The translations under genes and the position numbers were made by a program. From positions 2,336,001-2,400,000 of the forward strand of contig CAXXWQ010000003.1 of the NCBI GenBank assembly GCA_963674945.2: 64,000 bases of DNA, in the 5' to 3' direction. The notes below the pieces were generated by a model. It ran no database searches, was not told the DNA's origin, and saw nothing but the letters and a program-made list of their open reading frames with translations. This DNA is from an uncultured Desulfosarcina sp. GTDB taxonomy: Bacteria > Desulfobacterota > Desulfobacteria > Desulfobacterales > Desulfosarcinaceae. Shown one piece after another: positions 61,838 through 64,000 of the stretch (positions are counted from its first letter, which is position 1; every line of letters begins with the position of its first letter).

Positions 61838-63397
61838 ATGCTTTCGGAATCGAACAACCTGCCCGATGACGCCCAATCGCTTAAGGAGATTATCTCTTCT
61901 CAGCAGCAGCAAATCGACCATCTGCAAGAAATGGTACGTCTGCTGAAGAACGAGCTGTTCGGTCGCAAAAGTGAAGTTTTGCCGGCCGTCAATCCCAACC
62001 AACTCCAGTTGTTCAAACCCGACGAAACCGCAGAGCCCGTCCTTGCCGATGACGACATCACCGTCCCGGAGCACACCCGCAAAAAGCGTGGCCGCAAACC
62101 GTTGCCTGAGGATCTGCCCCGCGTCGAGGTCCTGCACGATATCCCTGAGGCCGAGAAACGGTGTGCTTGCGGAGTTGAACTGAGCCGTATCGGCGAAGAG
62201 ACCTGTGAGAAGCTCGATTATATCCCGGCAAAAATCCAGGTGATCCGTCACATCCGCCCCAAATACGCCTGCAAGGCCTGCGAAGGCGTCGAGGATGACG
62301 GCCCCACCGTTAGGATCGCTCCGCCGCCAGAACAACTGATTCCCAAGAGCAACGCCACTGAGGGACTGCTGGCCCACATCGCTGTCTCAAAATTCGCCGA
62401 TGCGCTTCCCCTGCATCGCCAACAAAAGATATTTGACCGTCTGGGCGTTGACATCTCACGGTCAACCATGGCCAATTGGATGATTCAGGCCGCCGGTTGC
62501 TGCCAGCCGATCGTCGAATTGATGCATCAGGAGATTCGAAGCGGTCCTGTGATCAATATCGATGAAAGTCCGTTTCAGGTGCTTCAGGAACCGGGCCGCA
62601 GCAATACAACAAAATCGTATATGTGGGTGTTTTGTGGCGGCCCGTTGGATGCCCCTGTGGTGCTTTACCAGTATCATCCCACCCGTAGTGGGAAGGTAGT
62701 GCAAGATATGATAGAAGACTATTCGGGCTATGTTCAAAGCGACGGCTACAGCGGCTATGATCAGCTGTCCCAAAAGCAAGGGATCATCCATTTAGGTTGC
62801 CTGACCCATGCCCGACGTAAATTTGTCGAGGTGAACAAAGGGCGCAAGGCGCGCGGCAAACAAAAAGCAGCCAAGGGGCTTGCCGACGAGGCGCTGGATT
62901 ACATTGGCGCATTGTATGGCATAGAACGGTATGCGCGAGACAAGGATTTGTCGTATGAACAGATCCGTGACCTGCGACAGGAAAAGGCCAAGCCGATTCT
63001 GAAACAATTTAAAACCTGGCTGGACACCTACCATTGGCAAGCTCCTCCGAAAAGCCTTCTCGGCAAAGCGATCCAATATTGCCTAAACCAATGGGACAAA
63101 CTGGTTGTCTATATCAATGCCGGATTTCTGAAGCCCGACAACAATGTGGCTGAAAATGTCATCCGGCCATTCGTGTTGGGTCGCAAGAACTGGCTGTTTT
63201 CCGGCGCGCCCCGGGGTGCGGAAGCCAGCGCCACCTTCTTCGGTTTGATCGAAACGGCCAAAGCCAATGGGCTGGAACCCTATGCCTATCTTCGATACCT
63301 GTTCGCCAAACTTCCGCTGGCCAGGACGCGGGAGGACCATCTGGCGCTTTTGCCAAAAAATATCGACAAACAGACGCTGGCGATCCTTCGCTATTGA
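61838..63397 (+). CDS. tnpC: IS66 TnpC transposase
   Basis: Identical to protein at 10423-11982. Confidence 0.96.
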   Translation: MLSESNNLPDDAQSLKEIISSQQQQIDHLQEMVRLLKNELFGRKSEVLPAVNPNQLQLFKPDETAEPVLADDDITVPEHTRKKRGRKPLPEDLPRVEVLHDIPEAEKRCACGVELSRIGEETCEKLDYIPAKIQVIRHIRPKYACKACEGVEDDGPTVRIAPPPEQLIPKSNATEGLLAHIAVSKFADALPLHRQQKIFDRLGVDISRSTMANWMIQAAGCCQPIVELMHQEIRSGPVINIDESPFQVLQEPGRSNTTKSYMWVFCGGPLDAPVVLYQYHPTRSGKVVQDMIEDYSGYVQSDGYSGYDQLSQKQGIIHLGCLTHARRKFVEVNKGRKARGKQKAAKGLADEALDYIGALYGIERYARDKDLSYEQIRDLRQEKAKPILKQFKTWLDTYHWQAPPKSLLGKAIQYCLNQWDKLVVYINAGFLKPDNNVAENVIRPFVLGRKNWLFSGAPRGAEASATFFGLIETAKANGLEPYAYLRYLFAKLPLARTREDHLALLPKNIDKQTLAILRY

Positions 63398-64000
63398 TTC
63401 TTCTCTTACTTTCTACCGGCCGGTTCACAATCGTCTCCCATACACATTTTCATTGCCAAGCCTATGATGTCATAATATCTGGGCTATGTGAAGATGGGGT
63501 TTATTTGACCCTTACATTACGGGGAATATCGCCGGAGCCTTTCCCGGCGGCGATTTCGGTATCCCCTTTGCAGCCCAGCAAGCCAAACAGAAAGCCACAG
63601 ACTATAACAAATGAAAATGTTGACAGACGGTGAATTTTTAACATGAAAAATTAGCTCCTTTCTCAGGTACATGACCTTTTTTAAAGAATCGTCATTTGTA
63701 GATTTGCCATTGAGTGGTTGACTGGAGTTGACCATGTTATAAAGTAATATGGAGTTTTATGTATCCATATTCTCTTATGGCGATAAGTAACCCTAACAAG
63801 CCTTCATCTCAAACAAATATCGGCTTGTCTTAATAACTCTTTATAGATAATTGCCTGAATGTCAGTGGCGACGAGAAAATGTGAGATTTGCGGCTTTTTA
63901 AAATGAAGCATGTTAATCGCGAGAAGTATGGGTGCCGAAGCCTGTTATTTCGGTCACCGGCAACCATTTCAGAATGGCTTCGAACTTCGATTTGCTCTTT

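Larger units (their letters stand above)
61022..63515 (+). mobile_element. IS66-family element, copy 2 (2494 bp, intact)
   Basis: Same ends and proteins as copy 1; 8-bp TSD ATTACGGG (61014-61021, 63516-63523). Confidence 0.97.
58578..63644 (-). pseudogene. Kexin-like S8 peptidase lipoprotein with P domain, split by IS66 (pieces 63644-63516 and 61013-58578)
   Basis: ILDDG, HGT, AAGN, GTSAAAP; IS removal restores MLKIHR...GLLGC...DIPRNVFAGE in frame (854 aa) with AAGGAG RBS. Confidence 0.9.

Noticed and set aside
63517..63735. 72-aa ORF in the track
   Set aside because: Wrong frame; the true leader of the S8 peptidase starts at 63644

Overview
Accessory-rich 64-kb window, probably from a Desulfobacterota-type bacterium (inferred from the sigma-54 activators, octaheme cytochrome and gene style). 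Bases 1-13.5 kb hold a sigma-54 activator, an octaheme cytochrome c, an unclassified IS, cassette-like genes and a methyltransferase broken by an IS66 that itself carries an IS1380. A duplicated 3' half of tRNA-Arg(ACG) at 13506-13550 marks the likely left att site of an integrated element running rightwards; no integrase or right end is visible. The element carries (i) an operon for a hydrolase-like/ParB fusion (split by IS1595) coupled to a DNA methyltransferase/radical-SAM fusion, (ii) a CoCoNuT-like McrBC/helicase/Hsp70-like defence operon with membrane anchors, (iii) an MBL hydrolase plus membrane protein pair, and (iv) a backbone of RadC, Rad52-like SSAP, PD-(D/E)XK nuclease, DUF932, sigma-54 activator, replication ATPase and IHF, with repeated hairpins and a recurring parS-like palindrome. 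The right end has metabolic cargo and three lipoprotein hydrolases, one split by a second identical IS66. All calls are from motif reading; no database searches were run.
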